From positions 32,001 to 96,000 of the forward strand of contig JBIOXB010000086.1 in assembly GCA_044869275.1 (NCBI GenBank): 64,000 bases of DNA. The letters are read 5' to 3'. The translations under genes and the position numbers were made by a program. The DNA comes from a bacterium (lineage in GTDB: Bacteria > Zhuqueibacterota > Zhuqueibacteria > Zhuqueibacterales > Zhuqueibacteraceae). Positions 1-10,385 of the stretch are shown piece by piece; position 1 is the stretch's first letter, and every line of letters starts with the position of its first letter. The notes under the pieces were generated by a model. The model saw nothing but the letters and a program-made list of their open reading frames with translations. It did not search any database and was not told the DNA's origin.

Positions 1-364
1 CTGTGCGCCGGAAACACTTGAAGCTCTGATGGCCCATGACTGGCCGGGCAATGTGCGCGAGCTCGAGAACGCCATCGAACATGCGGTGATCGTCGAGAAA
101 GGCGCGCTCATTACGCCCGCCAGCCTGCCCATGAACCTGAGCGGAGCTCGTGACCGGCAGGAAGCGTCAGGTTCCACTGCCGAGCTCGGCCTGCGAGATA
201 TGCTCAATCTGCTGGAAAAGCAGATTTTGCTCAATACGCTCGTGCGCGCGAATGGCATCAAGAAACGCGCCGCTGCCTTGTTGCATATTGACGCCAGAAA
301 TTTGCCCTACCTTTTGCGAAAGCATAATCTTTCCGAAATCAGCCTACCGAACGGAAGCTATTGA
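1..364 (+). CDS. Sigma-54-dependent (NtrC/Fis family) transcriptional regulator, C-terminal part; truncated by the window edge
   Basis: HDWPGNVRELENAIE motif from the end of the AAA+ domain, followed by a Fis-type HTH (NGIKKRAAALLHI). Confidence 0.9.
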   Translation, partial: CAPETLEALMAHDWPGNVRELENAIEHAVIVEKGALITPASLPMNLSGARDRQEASGSTAELGLRDMLNLLEKQILLNTLVRANGIKKRAAALLHIDARNLPYLLRKHNLSEISLPNGSY

Positions 365-504
365 CTTGCTTTTGGCCCTTTTTCTGCTACAATGGCAAGA
401 AGGAAAAGAAATTTGCGGATGAGTATTTCGGTTCTCACTACTTTTCCATTCACTTGAGATGCGACAGGTTTTTTCTGAATCTTTTCAATCCACGGAGGCC
501 TACG

Positions 505-3135
505 ATGGCTTTTGGCGAGTACCTGTTCTCTTTTATTAATAAGCACCGGGCGCTTCTACTTTTTGCGGCATTGTTCTGCCTGTATTATTTGATCGCCGCA
601 CCACCGCCATCGCCGTCCCGGCCACCTGGAAACGGCTATTTACACAAATTGGACAAAGTTGTTGCAAAACAATTTCCCGCCGATTGGGCCTGGCTGCAAC
701 GCACGTTTCCGCATGGCACGGCGGATAAAACTGCGCATATCGAAGCGCTGCAACAAGCGCAATCCATGCGCCGGCTCACGAAGTCTTCAACACCTGGCGC
801 CGTGTGGAATTTTGCCGGACCGGAAAATATCGGCGGGCGTATCAGCGATATCGAATTCAATCCCCAGGACGGGAGTATCGTTTACGCCGGCGCGGCAACA
901 GGCGGGGTGTTCAAGTCGAGCAACGGCGGAATGACGTGGTCTCCGGTTTTTGATGACCAAGCCGTGCTCCCCATCGGCGATCTGGCCGTCGATCCAAATG
1001 ATCCCAGGGTCATTTACGCTGGCACCGGCGAGGCCAATGGCGGCCACAACAATTTTCCCGGTGCCGGCATGTTCAAATCAACCGATGCCGGCGCAACCTG
1101 GCAATATGCCGGACTGGCGGCGACGAATTCGATCGGCCGCGTCGTGATCGATCCCTTGAATTCGAATCGCGTTTTTGTCGCGGCGGTTGGTTCATATTTC
1201 GGAAAAGACAACGATCGCGGCGTGTATCGTAGTCTCGATGCCGGGCAAACGTGGCAACAAGTTCTATTCGTGAACGATTCCACCGGCGCCATCGATCTCG
1301 TGCTCGATCCGCAAAATCCCAGCAAGCTCTTTGCGGCGGTGTGGGAACGCGTCCGCCCGCCGGAATTCACCACCCATCTCAACGGCCCTGCGAGCGGCAT
1401 TTATCGCAGCCTGGACGGCGGCGATTCGTGGCAACGTTTGGGTGCGATGCAGGGATTGCCCGCGGCGCGCGACAATATTGGGCGCATCGGCCTGGCACTC
1501 TGCTCCTCGCAGCCCCAGCATCTCTACGCTTTGTACACAAACTCCGGTTACACTTATGACAGCTTATACCGCTCGCGGGACGGTGGCGGGACATGGCAGC
1601 GCACCGATCTGAATAATCAACTGCGTTCCGGTTTCAGCAATTTTAGTTGGTATTTTGGCAACGTGCGCGTGCATCCGGATGACCCGGAAACAGTTTATGT
1701 TTTGGATCTAACGTTGATGATTTCGCATGACGGCGGGCGGAATTGGAGTGTTGCGCCGACTTCGCATGTCGATCATCACGCCCTCACCTTCGATCCGGGT
1801 GAGCCGCAACGCCTGCTCACCGGTAATGACGGCGGCATGGATATTTCCACTGACGGCGGTCTCTCCTGGGAGGAAGTTACCGGCCTTCCGGTCACACAGT
1901 TTTATCACATCACCATGGACCTCAATCATCCCGAGAGATTGTACGGCGGCACGCAGGACAACGGCACCATGCGCACGCTCACGGGTAATCGCGACGATTG
2001 GGAATACATTTACGGCGGCGACGGCTTTTATGTCATCGTCGATCCGAACGACCCAAACATCATCTATGCGGAGTCACAAAACGGCGGTTTGGGCAAATCT
2101 ACGGACGGCGGCAATAGTTTTGCCGACGTGTTGAACGGCATCAATCCCAATGAGCCCACGAATTGGTCCACCCCGGTGGTGATGGATCCGAACGACAGCC
2201 AGGTTTTGTACTACGGCACCGATCGCGTTTATCGCACGCAGAACGGCGCGGGAAGCTGGCAACCGATCAGCGGCGATTTGACCTTACAAAAGCCCGGTTC
2301 GCGGCTGGGCACGGTGACCTGCATTGCCGTCTCGCCCGCCAAACCCGAGGTGATATACGCGGGCACCGACGACAGCCAAGTGTGGGTGACGAATGACGGC
2401 GGAACTATCTGGACGGAGATCTCGCAAACTCTGCCCTATCGCTGGGTCACGCGCGTCGCCGTCGATCCGGTGGATGAAAACCTCGCTTACGTTACTTTCT
2501 CCGGCTTGAAATGGAACTCTCCGCAACCGCATGTATTTCGCACGGTGGATATGGGTGCGACCTGGGAAGACATCAGCAATAATTTACCGGATGCGCCGGT
2601 GAATACGATCGTCGTCGATCCGGTTTATTCGAACTTCTTGTATGTCGGCACTGACGTTTCGGCCTATTATTCGGCTGACGACGGACAAACCTGGCAATCT
2701 GTTGGATCAGGTTTGCCGCTGGTCTCGGTTTATGATTTATTCGTGCATCCCACCGCGCGCATTCTGGTGGCCGGCACGCACGGACGTTCGATGTATACGT
2801 TTGATCTCGCCACGCTGACGCAGGTGGATGACGCAAGACCCGGGAAACGAGCCCCGGCTACGATCGCACTGGAACAAAACTATCCCAACCCTTTCAACCC
2901 TTCGACCGCCATCCGTTTTTCTTTGTCAAGGGCCGCCGAAGTTTCGCTGCAAGTTTATAATACGCACGGCCGGCTCGTGCGCACACTCATCAGTGCAGAG
3001 AGAGCTGCAGGCGCGCATATCGTGCACTGGAATGCAGATGATCAGCAAGGCCGTAAAGCAGCAAGCGGTGCGTATTTTTGCCGGCTGCGCGTGGGGCGTG
3101 AAGTGTTGCAGAAAAAAATGATTCTGCAGCACTGA
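505..3135 (+). CDS. Secreted BNR/Asp-box (VPS10/GH74-like) beta-propeller protein with C-terminal FlgD-Ig/T9SS-like domain
   Basis: Many SxDGGxTW Asp-boxes, GGRISDI and GGTQDNG motifs, N-terminal hydrophobic segment, C-terminal QNYPNPFNPST. ATG at 505 follows GGAGG. Confidence 0.85.
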   Translation: MAFGEYLFSFINKHRALLLFAALFCLYYLIAAPPPSPSRPPGNGYLHKLDKVVAKQFPADWAWLQRTFPHGTADKTAHIEALQQAQSMRRLTKSSTPGAVWNFAGPENIGGRISDIEFNPQDGSIVYAGAATGGVFKSSNGGMTWSPVFDDQAVLPIGDLAVDPNDPRVIYAGTGEANGGHNNFPGAGMFKSTDAGATWQYAGLAATNSIGRVVIDPLNSNRVFVAAVGSYFGKDNDRGVYRSLDAGQTWQQVLFVNDSTGAIDLVLDPQNPSKLFAAVWERVRPPEFTTHLNGPASGIYRSLDGGDSWQRLGAMQGLPAARDNIGRIGLALCSSQPQHLYALYTNSGYTYDSLYRSRDGGGTWQRTDLNNQLRSGFSNFSWYFGNVRVHPDDPETVYVLDLTLMISHDGGRNWSVAPTSHVDHHALTFDPGEPQRLLTGNDGGMDISTDGGLSWEEVTGLPVTQFYHITMDLNHPERLYGGTQDNGTMRTLTGNRDDWEYIYGGDGFYVIVDPNDPNIIYAESQNGGLGKSTDGGNSFADVLNGINPNEPTNWSTPVVMDPNDSQVLYYGTDRVYRTQNGAGSWQPISGDLTLQKPGSRLGTVTCIAVSPAKPEVIYAGTDDSQVWVTNDGGTIWTEISQTLPYRWVTRVAVDPVDENLAYVTFSGLKWNSPQPHVFRTVDMGATWEDISNNLPDAPVNTIVVDPVYSNFLYVGTDVSAYYSADDGQTWQSVGSGLPLVSVYDLFVHPTARILVAGTHGRSMYTFDLATLTQVDDARPGKRAPATIALEQNYPNPFNPSTAIRFSLSRAAEVSLQVYNTHGRLVRTLISAERAAGAHIVHWNADDQQGRKAASGAYFCRLRVGREVLQKKMILQH

Positions 3136-3240
3136 CGCGGCTGCGGCAAATTGAGTAACGCCTTCAGATTGTTCCGTCGCTGCGCTGCTCGCCATGACAT
3201 TTCTACTGCTCTTGCAGGAGTCAACCAAAAGGTTTTTTTT

Positions 3241-5157
3241 ATGTCTTCCCGTCACGTCATTCTCGGTACTGCCGGACACATTGACCACGGCAAAACCTCT
3301 CTGGTGAAGGCGCTCACCGGCGTGGACACCGATCGCCTGCCCGAAGAAAAAGCACGCGGTATGACCATCGATTTGGGATTCGCGCATTTCGGCGAGACCG
3401 CCACCATCATCGATGTGCCCGGGCACGAAAAATTCATCAAGAACATGGTCGCGGGTGTGAGCACGATCGATTTGGTTTTGTTTGTCATTGCTGCTGATGA
3501 CGGCATTATGCCCCAGACGCACGAGCATCTCGAAATCTGCCAATTGCTGCAAGTCAAACGCGGCCTGGTGGTGCTCACCAAGATCGATCTGGTGGAGCGT
3601 GACTGGCTGGAATTGGTGCAGGAAGAAATCAAGAAATTTCTGCAGGGCACGTTTTTGGAAAAAGCGCTAATCGTACCGGTTTCCAATGCCACGCGCGCAG
3701 GCATTGATACGCTGCGTGGCCTCATTGCCGGCATGATTCCGGAGATTCCGCCCCGGCCGGATCGCGGTGTGTTCTGGATGCCGGTGGATCGCGCTTTTAC
3801 CATGAAAGGCTTTGGCACCGTGGTCACCGGCTCCGTGCTATCAGGACAAATTGCCGCGGGCGAAGAGTTGGAAATTCTTCCGGACCAGAAAAGCACGCGC
3901 GCGCGCAATTTGCAACGCCACGGTGCGCAAGTGAAGCAAGTGCAAACCGGCGACCGCGCGGCGATTAATTTGCAGGGCATGGCGATAGATGAAATTTCCC
4001 GAGGCCACGTTTTAACCCTGCCCAATTATTTCCATGCCACGGCGCGCATGAACTGCCGTGTGCAGATTCTAAAAACCGCCGACCGGCCGGTCAAAACGAG
4101 AACGCGCGTGCGTGTCCATCTCGGTACGGCGGAAATCATGGGGCGATTGTTTCCCCTTGATTGCAAAGAAATCGCCCCGGGGCAAGCGGCGTACGTGCAA
4201 TTGAGATTCGAGAAGCCGGTTGCCGCGCGGCGTTTGGATCCGCTGGTGATTCGGCGCTATTCTCCGCCGAAAACGATTGGTGGCGGCGTGGTGTTGCAAG
4301 CCGAAGCTCCACCCCTGCGCCGGCGCGATGCGGCATGGGAAGATCGCTTGCGCGCGCTCGAGCAAGAAGATCCCGTGGATTTGTTGATTGCCCAGTTTCT
4401 GCAGCCGGGCCGATATGGGGTCACACTCGAACAATTGGCCATGGAAACCGGCCAAAAGAAGGAAGAATTGCACAAACTGCTTGCCGCGTTGCAGGAAAGC
4501 GGTGCGATTCTGCCGCTGGGCAAACGCGGCTATCTCCATCACCATCGCCTGGAGAGTCTCTGGCAACAGCTTGAAACCGCACTGTCCGCTTATCATCACC
4601 AGCACCCGTTGCAACTTGGCTTGCGCAAAGCCGAAATGCATGCTTTGCTGCCGCCCTTGAGCGATGCCGCCTTGATGAATTTGCTAGTGCAGCATTACAA
4701 AACAGCGGGGAAACTCAAAGAGATTGATTCGTGTTTGGCTTTGGCCGATCACGAAATCCGCTTTTCGGAGGCACAGCAAAAGTTGCGCGCACAGATTCTC
4801 GAATATTTGTGGGCAGCCGGATTTGCGCCGCCAAGCCCGGCAGAGCTGGCGCAAAAAGCCGGTGTCTCGGAAACCCAATTGCAAGAATTGCTCGGCGCCA
4901 TGCTGTTGTTGCGTGAAGTGGTGCGACTGGAGTCAGACATATATTTACACCCACAAAAAATCTTTGCTGCACAAAAAAGATTGGTTGACTATTTGCGCCA
5001 ACATCACGACATTACGGTAAGTCAATTCAAAGAACTGATCGACAATACCAGCCGAAAATTCGCCGTGCCGTTGCTGCAACATTTTGACGCTCTCGGCGTG
5101 ACTGAGCGCCAGGGCGAGATGCGCGTCTTGGGCGCAGCGGCGGAAGAGCGCGCGTAG
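3241..5157 (+). CDS. selB: Selenocysteine-specific translation elongation factor SelB
   Basis: [20 protein letters not shown] and DVPGHE G-domain motifs; C-terminal winged-helix SRKFAVPLL; about 638 aa. Confidence 0.95.
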   Translation: MSSRHVILGTAGHIDHGKTSLVKALTGVDTDRLPEEKARGMTIDLGFAHFGETATIIDVPGHEKFIKNMVAGVSTIDLVLFVIAADDGIMPQTHEHLEICQLLQVKRGLVVLTKIDLVERDWLELVQEEIKKFLQGTFLEKALIVPVSNATRAGIDTLRGLIAGMIPEIPPRPDRGVFWMPVDRAFTMKGFGTVVTGSVLSGQIAAGEELEILPDQKSTRARNLQRHGAQVKQVQTGDRAAINLQGMAIDEISRGHVLTLPNYFHATARMNCRVQILKTADRPVKTRTRVRVHLGTAEIMGRLFPLDCKEIAPGQAAYVQLRFEKPVAARRLDPLVIRRYSPPKTIGGGVVLQAEAPPLRRRDAAWEDRLRALEQEDPVDLLIAQFLQPGRYGVTLEQLAMETGQKKEELHKLLAALQESGAILPLGKRGYLHHHRLESLWQQLETALSAYHHQHPLQLGLRKAEMHALLPPLSDAALMNLLVQHYKTAGKLKEIDSCLALADHEIRFSEAQQKLRAQILEYLWAAGFAPPSPAELAQKAGVSETQLQELLGAMLLLREVVRLESDIYLHPQKIFAAQKRLVDYLRQHHDITVSQFKELIDNTSRKFAVPLLQHFDALGVTERQGEMRVLGAAAEERA

Positions 5158-5209
5158 CATGAGGAAGATTTTGCAGGAGCATCTCAAACAAGGTAGGAGT
5201 GCAATCGCC

Positions 5210-5542
5210 ATGAAAAACGAAACCCCGCGTGAACCGCACGAATTGCAACTGCATCGCTGTGCGTGGTGCCAGCGCAACATCGCGCCGGATGACGAGTATT
5301 TCGGCTGCGGCGCGAAAACCATGCCGGGCATCGATCTTTCCGATCGCGAAGGCACGACGATCTCCATGTATCTGGCACTGGCGCAAAAAACCGTTCCCGC
5401 CATAGTCGTACCCTCCGATTCCCCGGCCAAGCGCGAAGGCAACGACGTTTACTTCGTGATCTGCAGCGAAAGCTGCGGCCACGCTTTGAAAGACGCGCTA
5501 GAAAAAGACAAAGAAGCGTTCGGCAACATTTGTTTGAATTGA
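5210..5542 (+). CDS. Small hypothetical Cys-rich, probably metal-binding protein (CAWC...CSESC, TRASH-like)
   Basis: ORF with AGGAG RBS and paired Cys motifs. Confidence 0.6.
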   Translation: MKNETPREPHELQLHRCAWCQRNIAPDDEYFGCGAKTMPGIDLSDREGTTISMYLALAQKTVPAIVVPSDSPAKREGNDVYFVICSESCGHALKDALEKDKEAFGNICLN

Positions 5543-5635
5543 GCGAGGCTTTAGCGCTGTCGCCCTTGCGATCTTCGATGTGCAATCCTTGATTTTCCAA
5601 TTTCGATGCAGTGATTTGATGTTCTCGATTCGCGC

Positions 5636-7156
5636 ATGCAATCCGATTCGCCACGCTTCTTGCTCGTGAACCCGTGGATCACCGATTTTGCGGCCTATGA
5701 TTTTTGGTCGAAGCCACTGGGATTGCTGTATCTTGCCGCGGTCTTGCGGCGGGAGGGAAACGCGGTGCGGCTGGTGGATTGCATGGACCGCTGCCATCCG
5801 GAATTGCTGCATTGGCAGGGACGCACGCGGCCGCAAAACCGCCAATGGAGCACCGGTAAGTTTGTCCGCGTGCCCATCGCCAAGCCCGCGTGTTACGCGC
5901 ATGTGCCGCGACGGTATGCGCGTTACGGTTTTCCCGAAGAAATCTTCAAAAAAATTTGTAGTGAGGGCGCCAAGCCGGATGCCATTTTGGTGACGAGCGG
6001 TATGACCTATTGGTACCCCGGCGTCCAACAAACGATTGGCGTGCTGCGAAGTTTGTTTCCTCAAACCACGATCTGGTTGGGCGGAACCTACGCCACGTTG
6101 TGCACGGCCCACGCAGGTGAGCATTCCGGGGCGGATGTTGTCGTTGCCGGAGAAGGGGAGAGTCAGATCGGTGAAATTATCGCGTCGGTTTTCAAGAGCA
6201 AAGCTGCCGCCGTGCGCCATGGTTCCAGCCTGCCGCAGGACCATGCCGTTGATTTGGATCAACTCCCTTTTGCGGCTTTCGATCTTTATCCCAACCTGTC
6301 TCATGCCGCGATCATGACCTCGCGCGGCTGCCCACTTAAATGCACGTTCTGCGCCTCGCGCCTGGTGTCCGGACAATATCGCTGGCGTGCAGTGGAGCAC
6401 GTGATCGCCGAGCTGGACTGGCTCCATCACGGCTTGAAGATTCGTGAGTTTGCGTTCTATGATGACGCCTTGCTGACCAATCGCGACCGCCACTTCAAAC
6501 CGCTGTGCGAGCAGATCATTGCCAAAAACCTGCGAGCAACATTTCACACGCCGAATGGCTTGCAAGTTAAATTCCTCGATCGCGAAGCTGCACAGCTCAT
6601 GCAGCGCGCGGGTTTCAAAACGATTCGTCTCGCTTATGAAAGCGGGAGCGCCGAACGCCAGCGCGACATGAGCAAAAAAGTAAGCAACGAAAGCTTCGCC
6701 GCGGGCGTCTCGAATTTGCATGCCGCCGGCTTTGGCCCGGCGGAGCTCGATGCTTATGTGATGATGGCCCTGCCCGGACAAGCGCTCGAAGAAGTTTTGT
6801 GGAGCATGGCTTACGTGCACAGCCTGGGCGTGGGAATCCGTCTCGCAGCATTTTCTCCCATTCCCGGCACCGTGGATTATGAACGCGCTGTCGCCCGCGG
6901 TGATTTTCCCGCAGAAGCTGATCCCTTGTTGACCAACAATTCGATATTGCCGGTGCGCTTGGAAGGAAGCGATTACGCTGTTTATGGTTTGATCTCACGC
7001 CTGGCGAAACAGTTGAATGAGCATTTGCAGAGCACGGGCAAGCCCGTGGAGGCTTGCGGGGATTTGTTTGCGAGATTGCAACGGGAGGTGCGATTGAAAA
7101 CAGATCAGACGCTTCACGGAAACGAGCTCCCACGGAAAAATGTTGCGTTGAATTGA
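5636..7156 (+). CDS. Cobalamin-binding (class B-like) radical SAM protein
   Basis: N-terminal KPLGLLYLAA B12-binding domain and SRGCPLKCTFC (CxxxCxxC). Confidence 0.9.
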   Translation: MQSDSPRFLLVNPWITDFAAYDFWSKPLGLLYLAAVLRREGNAVRLVDCMDRCHPELLHWQGRTRPQNRQWSTGKFVRVPIAKPACYAHVPRRYARYGFPEEIFKKICSEGAKPDAILVTSGMTYWYPGVQQTIGVLRSLFPQTTIWLGGTYATLCTAHAGEHSGADVVVAGEGESQIGEIIASVFKSKAAAVRHGSSLPQDHAVDLDQLPFAAFDLYPNLSHAAIMTSRGCPLKCTFCASRLVSGQYRWRAVEHVIAELDWLHHGLKIREFAFYDDALLTNRDRHFKPLCEQIIAKNLRATFHTPNGLQVKFLDREAAQLMQRAGFKTIRLAYESGSAERQRDMSKKVSNESFAAGVSNLHAAGFGPAELDAYVMMALPGQALEEVLWSMAYVHSLGVGIRLAAFSPIPGTVDYERAVARGDFPAEADPLLTNNSILPVRLEGSDYAVYGLISRLAKQLNEHLQSTGKPVEACGDLFARLQREVRLKTDQTLHGNELPRKNVALN

Positions 7157-7271
7157 GCAAAAGCCAAGACAGAAAAATGAAGGACAGAAAGATGGCAGCA
7201 GATCTCATGTCCGGAGCATGGATGGTGAAGGGATAGGGCAAAGATTTTTCTGTCCTACATCTTTCTGTCTT
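7114..7271. repeat. Composite REP/MITE-like element, copy 1, containing a 28-bp imperfect inverted repeat (7166-7193 / 7244-7271)
   Basis: 7114-7142 matches 54096-54124 at 27/29 nt; 7249-7267 is identical to 54218-54236. Confidence 0.7.
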
Positions 7272-7322
7272 CTGCTTTTTTGCAGGATGATTGTGCCAAT
7301 GCTGCCGCCCCCTTGGCTTCGG

Positions 7323-7350
7323 TTTTCATCCCGACCCTTCGGGATGAAAA
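7323..7350. repeat. Perfect 12-bp-stem palindrome (REP-like or terminator-like)
   Basis: TTTTCATCCCGA-CCCT-TCGGGATGAAAA. Confidence 0.7.
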
Positions 7351-7374
7351 TCCGAGGTAGACCTGTTAGACGCC

Positions 7375-7998
7375 ATGAACGTCAATCAACAACGCTGGGA
7401 AAATCTGGCTGCGGTGCTCAATGTCACGCCGGACGAGGGCGAGTTTGAACGCCTAATACTGGCCTATTCTGAATCGCATCGTGCCTATCATACACTGCAG
7501 CATCTTTCGGAATGCCTGGAGCGGTTTGATTGGGCTGTGACTGATCATATTTTTCAAAACAGCGCACTAGCTGAAATGGCATTGTGGTATCACGATGCCA
7601 TCTACCAGCCCAGGGCCAGTGATAACGAGCGCAGAAGCGCGGAATGGGCTTACGGATTTCTGAACAAATCGGGCATTCGTAGTGAAGAGTGCAAACTCGT
7701 GCATTCTATTATTATGGCCACTCGTCATGACCAGGCGCCGCGAGAGCCCATGTCTCAACTTGTTGTTGATATTGATCTATCCATACTCGGCGCAGAGCCA
7801 GCACGTTTCGTAGAATATGAAAAGCAAGTGCGGGAAGAATATCAATGGGTGCCTGGTTTCCTGTATAAGAAAAAGAGAAGGAAATTGCTCCAGGCGTTTT
7901 TGGATAGACCTCGCTTATATTGTACGGAACTTTTTTACCGGGCGTACGAGCATCGTGCGCGCGAGAATCTAAAGCGCTCCATTGCGTGGTTGAAATAA
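7375..7998 (+). CDS. HD-superfamily predicted metal-dependent phosphohydrolase (COG4339-like)
   Basis: RAYHTLQH, WYHDAIY, DIDLSILG and YEKQVREEY motifs. Confidence 0.85.
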   Translation: MNVNQQRWENLAAVLNVTPDEGEFERLILAYSESHRAYHTLQHLSECLERFDWAVTDHIFQNSALAEMALWYHDAIYQPRASDNERRSAEWAYGFLNKSGIRSEECKLVHSIIMATRHDQAPREPMSQLVVDIDLSILGAEPARFVEYEKQVREEYQWVPGFLYKKKRRKLLQAFLDRPRLYCTELFYRAYEHRARENLKRSIAWLK

Positions 7999-8123
7999 GC
8001 TCCATGACAAGCCAAATGATGGCAAAAATCTCTCTAATGGATGGAACAGGTCCAGTGACGACGGGATGAGTGCCGCCGCGTGTGCCTTTATCCACTGGAG
8101 AAAACGAACGCGAAGGAGGAAGA

Positions 8124-8591
8124 ATGCTGCGCCGCTTGTTTTTGTTTGCCACGTTCGCTTTATCCGGCTGCACGTTGTTGCAGCCGCCGGCCGAGCCGGT
8201 CAAGCGCGAACCGATCACTTCGCCGGATGCACCGGCGGCGATCGGACCTTACAGCCAGGCCATCAAAATCGGAAACAATCTGTTCTGTAGCGGGCAAATT
8301 GGCATCATTCCCGCGACCGGCGATTTGATCATTGGCGACATCAAAGAAGAGACGCGCCAAGTGCTCAAAAACCTGGGCGCGGTCTTGCGAGCCGCGGGGA
8401 TGTCTTATGGCGACGTCGTAAAAGCGACGGTGTTTCTCGCGGACATGAACGATTACAAGCTCATGAACGAAGCTTACAGTGAATTCTTCACCGCAGTCAA
8501 GCCGGCGCGCGAAGCCGTGCAAGTGGCCCGGCTGCCGCGCGACGCGCGCGTGGAGATCAGTTGCATTGCGGTGAAAGTGGAAGAACAATGA
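8124..8591 (+). CDS. ridA: RidA/YjgF family enamine/imine deaminase with an N-terminal lipoprotein signal
   Basis: APAAIGPYSQA, SGQIG, PAR and VEI motifs; MLRRLFLFATFALSG-C lipobox; GGAGG RBS before ATG 8124. Confidence 0.9.
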   Translation: MLRRLFLFATFALSGCTLLQPPAEPVKREPITSPDAPAAIGPYSQAIKIGNNLFCSGQIGIIPATGDLIIGDIKEETRQVLKNLGAVLRAAGMSYGDVVKATVFLADMNDYKLMNEAYSEFFTAVKPAREAVQVARLPRDARVEISCIAVKVEEQ

Positions 8592-8627
8592 ATCTTGCTT
8601 CTCGCCGCGGGATTGCGTATCATAGGC

Positions 8628-9497
8628 ATGTGTCCCGTAAGAGAGCTTGACGTGCGTGAGATTTCTGCCTTACCGCCCTCGGGCATCATCACTTTGCTGA
8701 CAGATTTCGGCAACGCTGACGGTTACGTCGCCGCCATGAAGGGTGTGATCTTGAGCCGCTATCCGCGCGCGCAACTGGTGGACGTCAGCCATGAAATTCC
8801 CGCGCAGGCGGTGGTTGCCGCGGAATTGTTATTCTCAACGCACTACACTTATTTTCCGCGCGGCACCGTGCATGTGGCTATAGTCGATCCTGGCGTGGGT
8901 ACGCAGCGCGCGGCGCTGGCATGTATTTTTGCCGGGCATTACTTCGTCGCGCCGGACAATGGTTTGCTTGATTTCTGCACCGCAGGGGAGGGGGAGTGCC
9001 TTGCCGTGCGCCTCAATCGCCCGGAATATTGGCGGCCGCAAGTGTCTCGTACGTTTCATGGCCGCGATGTTTTTGCTCCGGTGGCCGCGCAACTCGCCCT
9101 GGGCACGCCGCTCCTGAGTTTAGGCGAGCGTTTTGATTTGGTCGCGCGTGGCCTGGCGCGGTCTTGTCAGATCGAACCCGGCCGGCTCATGGGCGAAATC
9201 ATTTATATCGATCGCTTCGGCAATTTGATTTCCAATATTTCCACCGCAGCGTTTTTGAGTTTTTGTGGCCCGCACCCCTTTCTGATTCGCGCCGGGCGGT
9301 TGGTATTTGATCGTTTGCAGCCTTCCTATGGGTATGTGCCGGCCGGCGCGCCGGTCGCACTCTTCAACAGCTTCGAGCGGCTGGAAATCGGTGTCAACCA
9401 GGGCCATGCCGCTGCGCAATTTGATTTCAAAACAGGAACGTCGATCATCGTTGAACGAGGAGAGTCAATTTTCAACCATGCAGAATCCCGAACGTAG
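8628..9497 (+). CDS. SAM hydroxide adenosyltransferase (DUF62, SAM hydrolase); start uncertain
   Basis: ITLLTDFG, VDPGVG, APDNG, TFHGRD and IDRFGN motifs. The His in TFHGRD favours the hydrolase over a halogenase. Confidence 0.9.
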   Translation: MCPVRELDVREISALPPSGIITLLTDFGNADGYVAAMKGVILSRYPRAQLVDVSHEIPAQAVVAAELLFSTHYTYFPRGTVHVAIVDPGVGTQRAALACIFAGHYFVAPDNGLLDFCTAGEGECLAVRLNRPEYWRPQVSRTFHGRDVFAPVAAQLALGTPLLSLGERFDLVARGLARSCQIEPGRLMGEIIYIDRFGNLISNISTAAFLSFCGPHPFLIRAGRLVFDRLQPSYGYVPAGAPVALFNSFERLEIGVNQGHAAAQFDFKTGTSIIVERGESIFNHAESRT

Positions 9498-10383
9498 CGC
9501 TTCGGAGGGTTATCTTCATCCTTCATCTTTTTCGCCGGAGCCGCCGCAAGAATCCTGGGCCGCGAGAGTCTTACGGACCGACCGGCCGCGCTTGAATGTC
9601 GTACTGTTCATCTTGACTTGCCTTTCCACCTTTTTTATCGGCTATACATTCAATGGCAGTTTCACCTCCGGCCTGTGGTATTCTGGCGGGATTATCTCCA
9701 TACTTTTGGCGCACGAGATGGGACATTACCTGATGTGCATGCGCTATCGCATCCCGGCGACGCTGCCGTTTTTTATCCCTTTTCCTTCTTTGCCCTTCGG
9801 CACCATGGGCGCGGTGATTCGCATGGATGCCCGCATGCCCAATCGCCGCGTGCTTTTCGATATCGGTGTGGCCGGACCGCTCGCCGGCTTGATCCTCACC
9901 CTCCCAGCCATTTACTTCGGCCTGAAAATGTCGGAGGTGGTGCAAATCACCGGCACCGAAGGCGTCTGGACGCTGGGCGATTCTTTGCTCTTCAGATGGC
10001 TCAGCCGCCTCACCATCGGTGAATTGCCGGAGGGATACGACACCTTGCTGCACCCGCTGGCTTACGCCGGATGGGCGGGGTTATTCGTCACGGCGCTTAA
10101 TCTTTTGCCCATTGGGCAGCTCGATGGTGGGCACATTTTATATGCGCTCGTGGGCGAGCGCGGGCGAAAGATCTATTCCGTCAACATGGCGTTGTTCGCG
10201 TTGTTGGGCATCGTCAAGTTCAGCGGCTGGTATTTGCTCATCGTGCTGTTGTTGTGGTTCGGCTACAACCACCCGCCAACGCAGGAAAACGATGAACCCT
10301 TGGATCCCAAACGCCAGGCGTTAGCGTATGTGACCCTTTTGATCTTCGTATTGTCATTCACCCCGGTTCCTTTTCAAGTTTGA
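9478..10383 (+). CDS. Site-2 protease, peptidase M50 family
   Basis: HEMGH zinc motif, AGPLAG, NLLPIGQLDGGH, multiple transmembrane segments. Confidence 0.92.
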   Translation: MQNPERSASEGYLHPSSFSPEPPQESWAARVLRTDRPRLNVVLFILTCLSTFFIGYTFNGSFTSGLWYSGGIISILLAHEMGHYLMCMRYRIPATLPFFIPFPSLPFGTMGAVIRMDARMPNRRVLFDIGVAGPLAGLILTLPAIYFGLKMSEVVQITGTEGVWTLGDSLLFRWLSRLTIGELPEGYDTLLHPLAYAGWAGLFVTALNLLPIGQLDGGHILYALVGERGRKIYSVNMALFALLGIVKFSGWYLLIVLLLWFGYNHPPTQENDEPLDPKRQALAYVTLLIFVLSFTPVPFQV

Positions 10384-10385
10384 GC

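Noticed and set aside
8628..9497. Fluorinase/chlorinase
   Set aside because: TFHGRD carries the His of the hydrolase Asp-Arg-His triad, and there is no halometabolite gene context.
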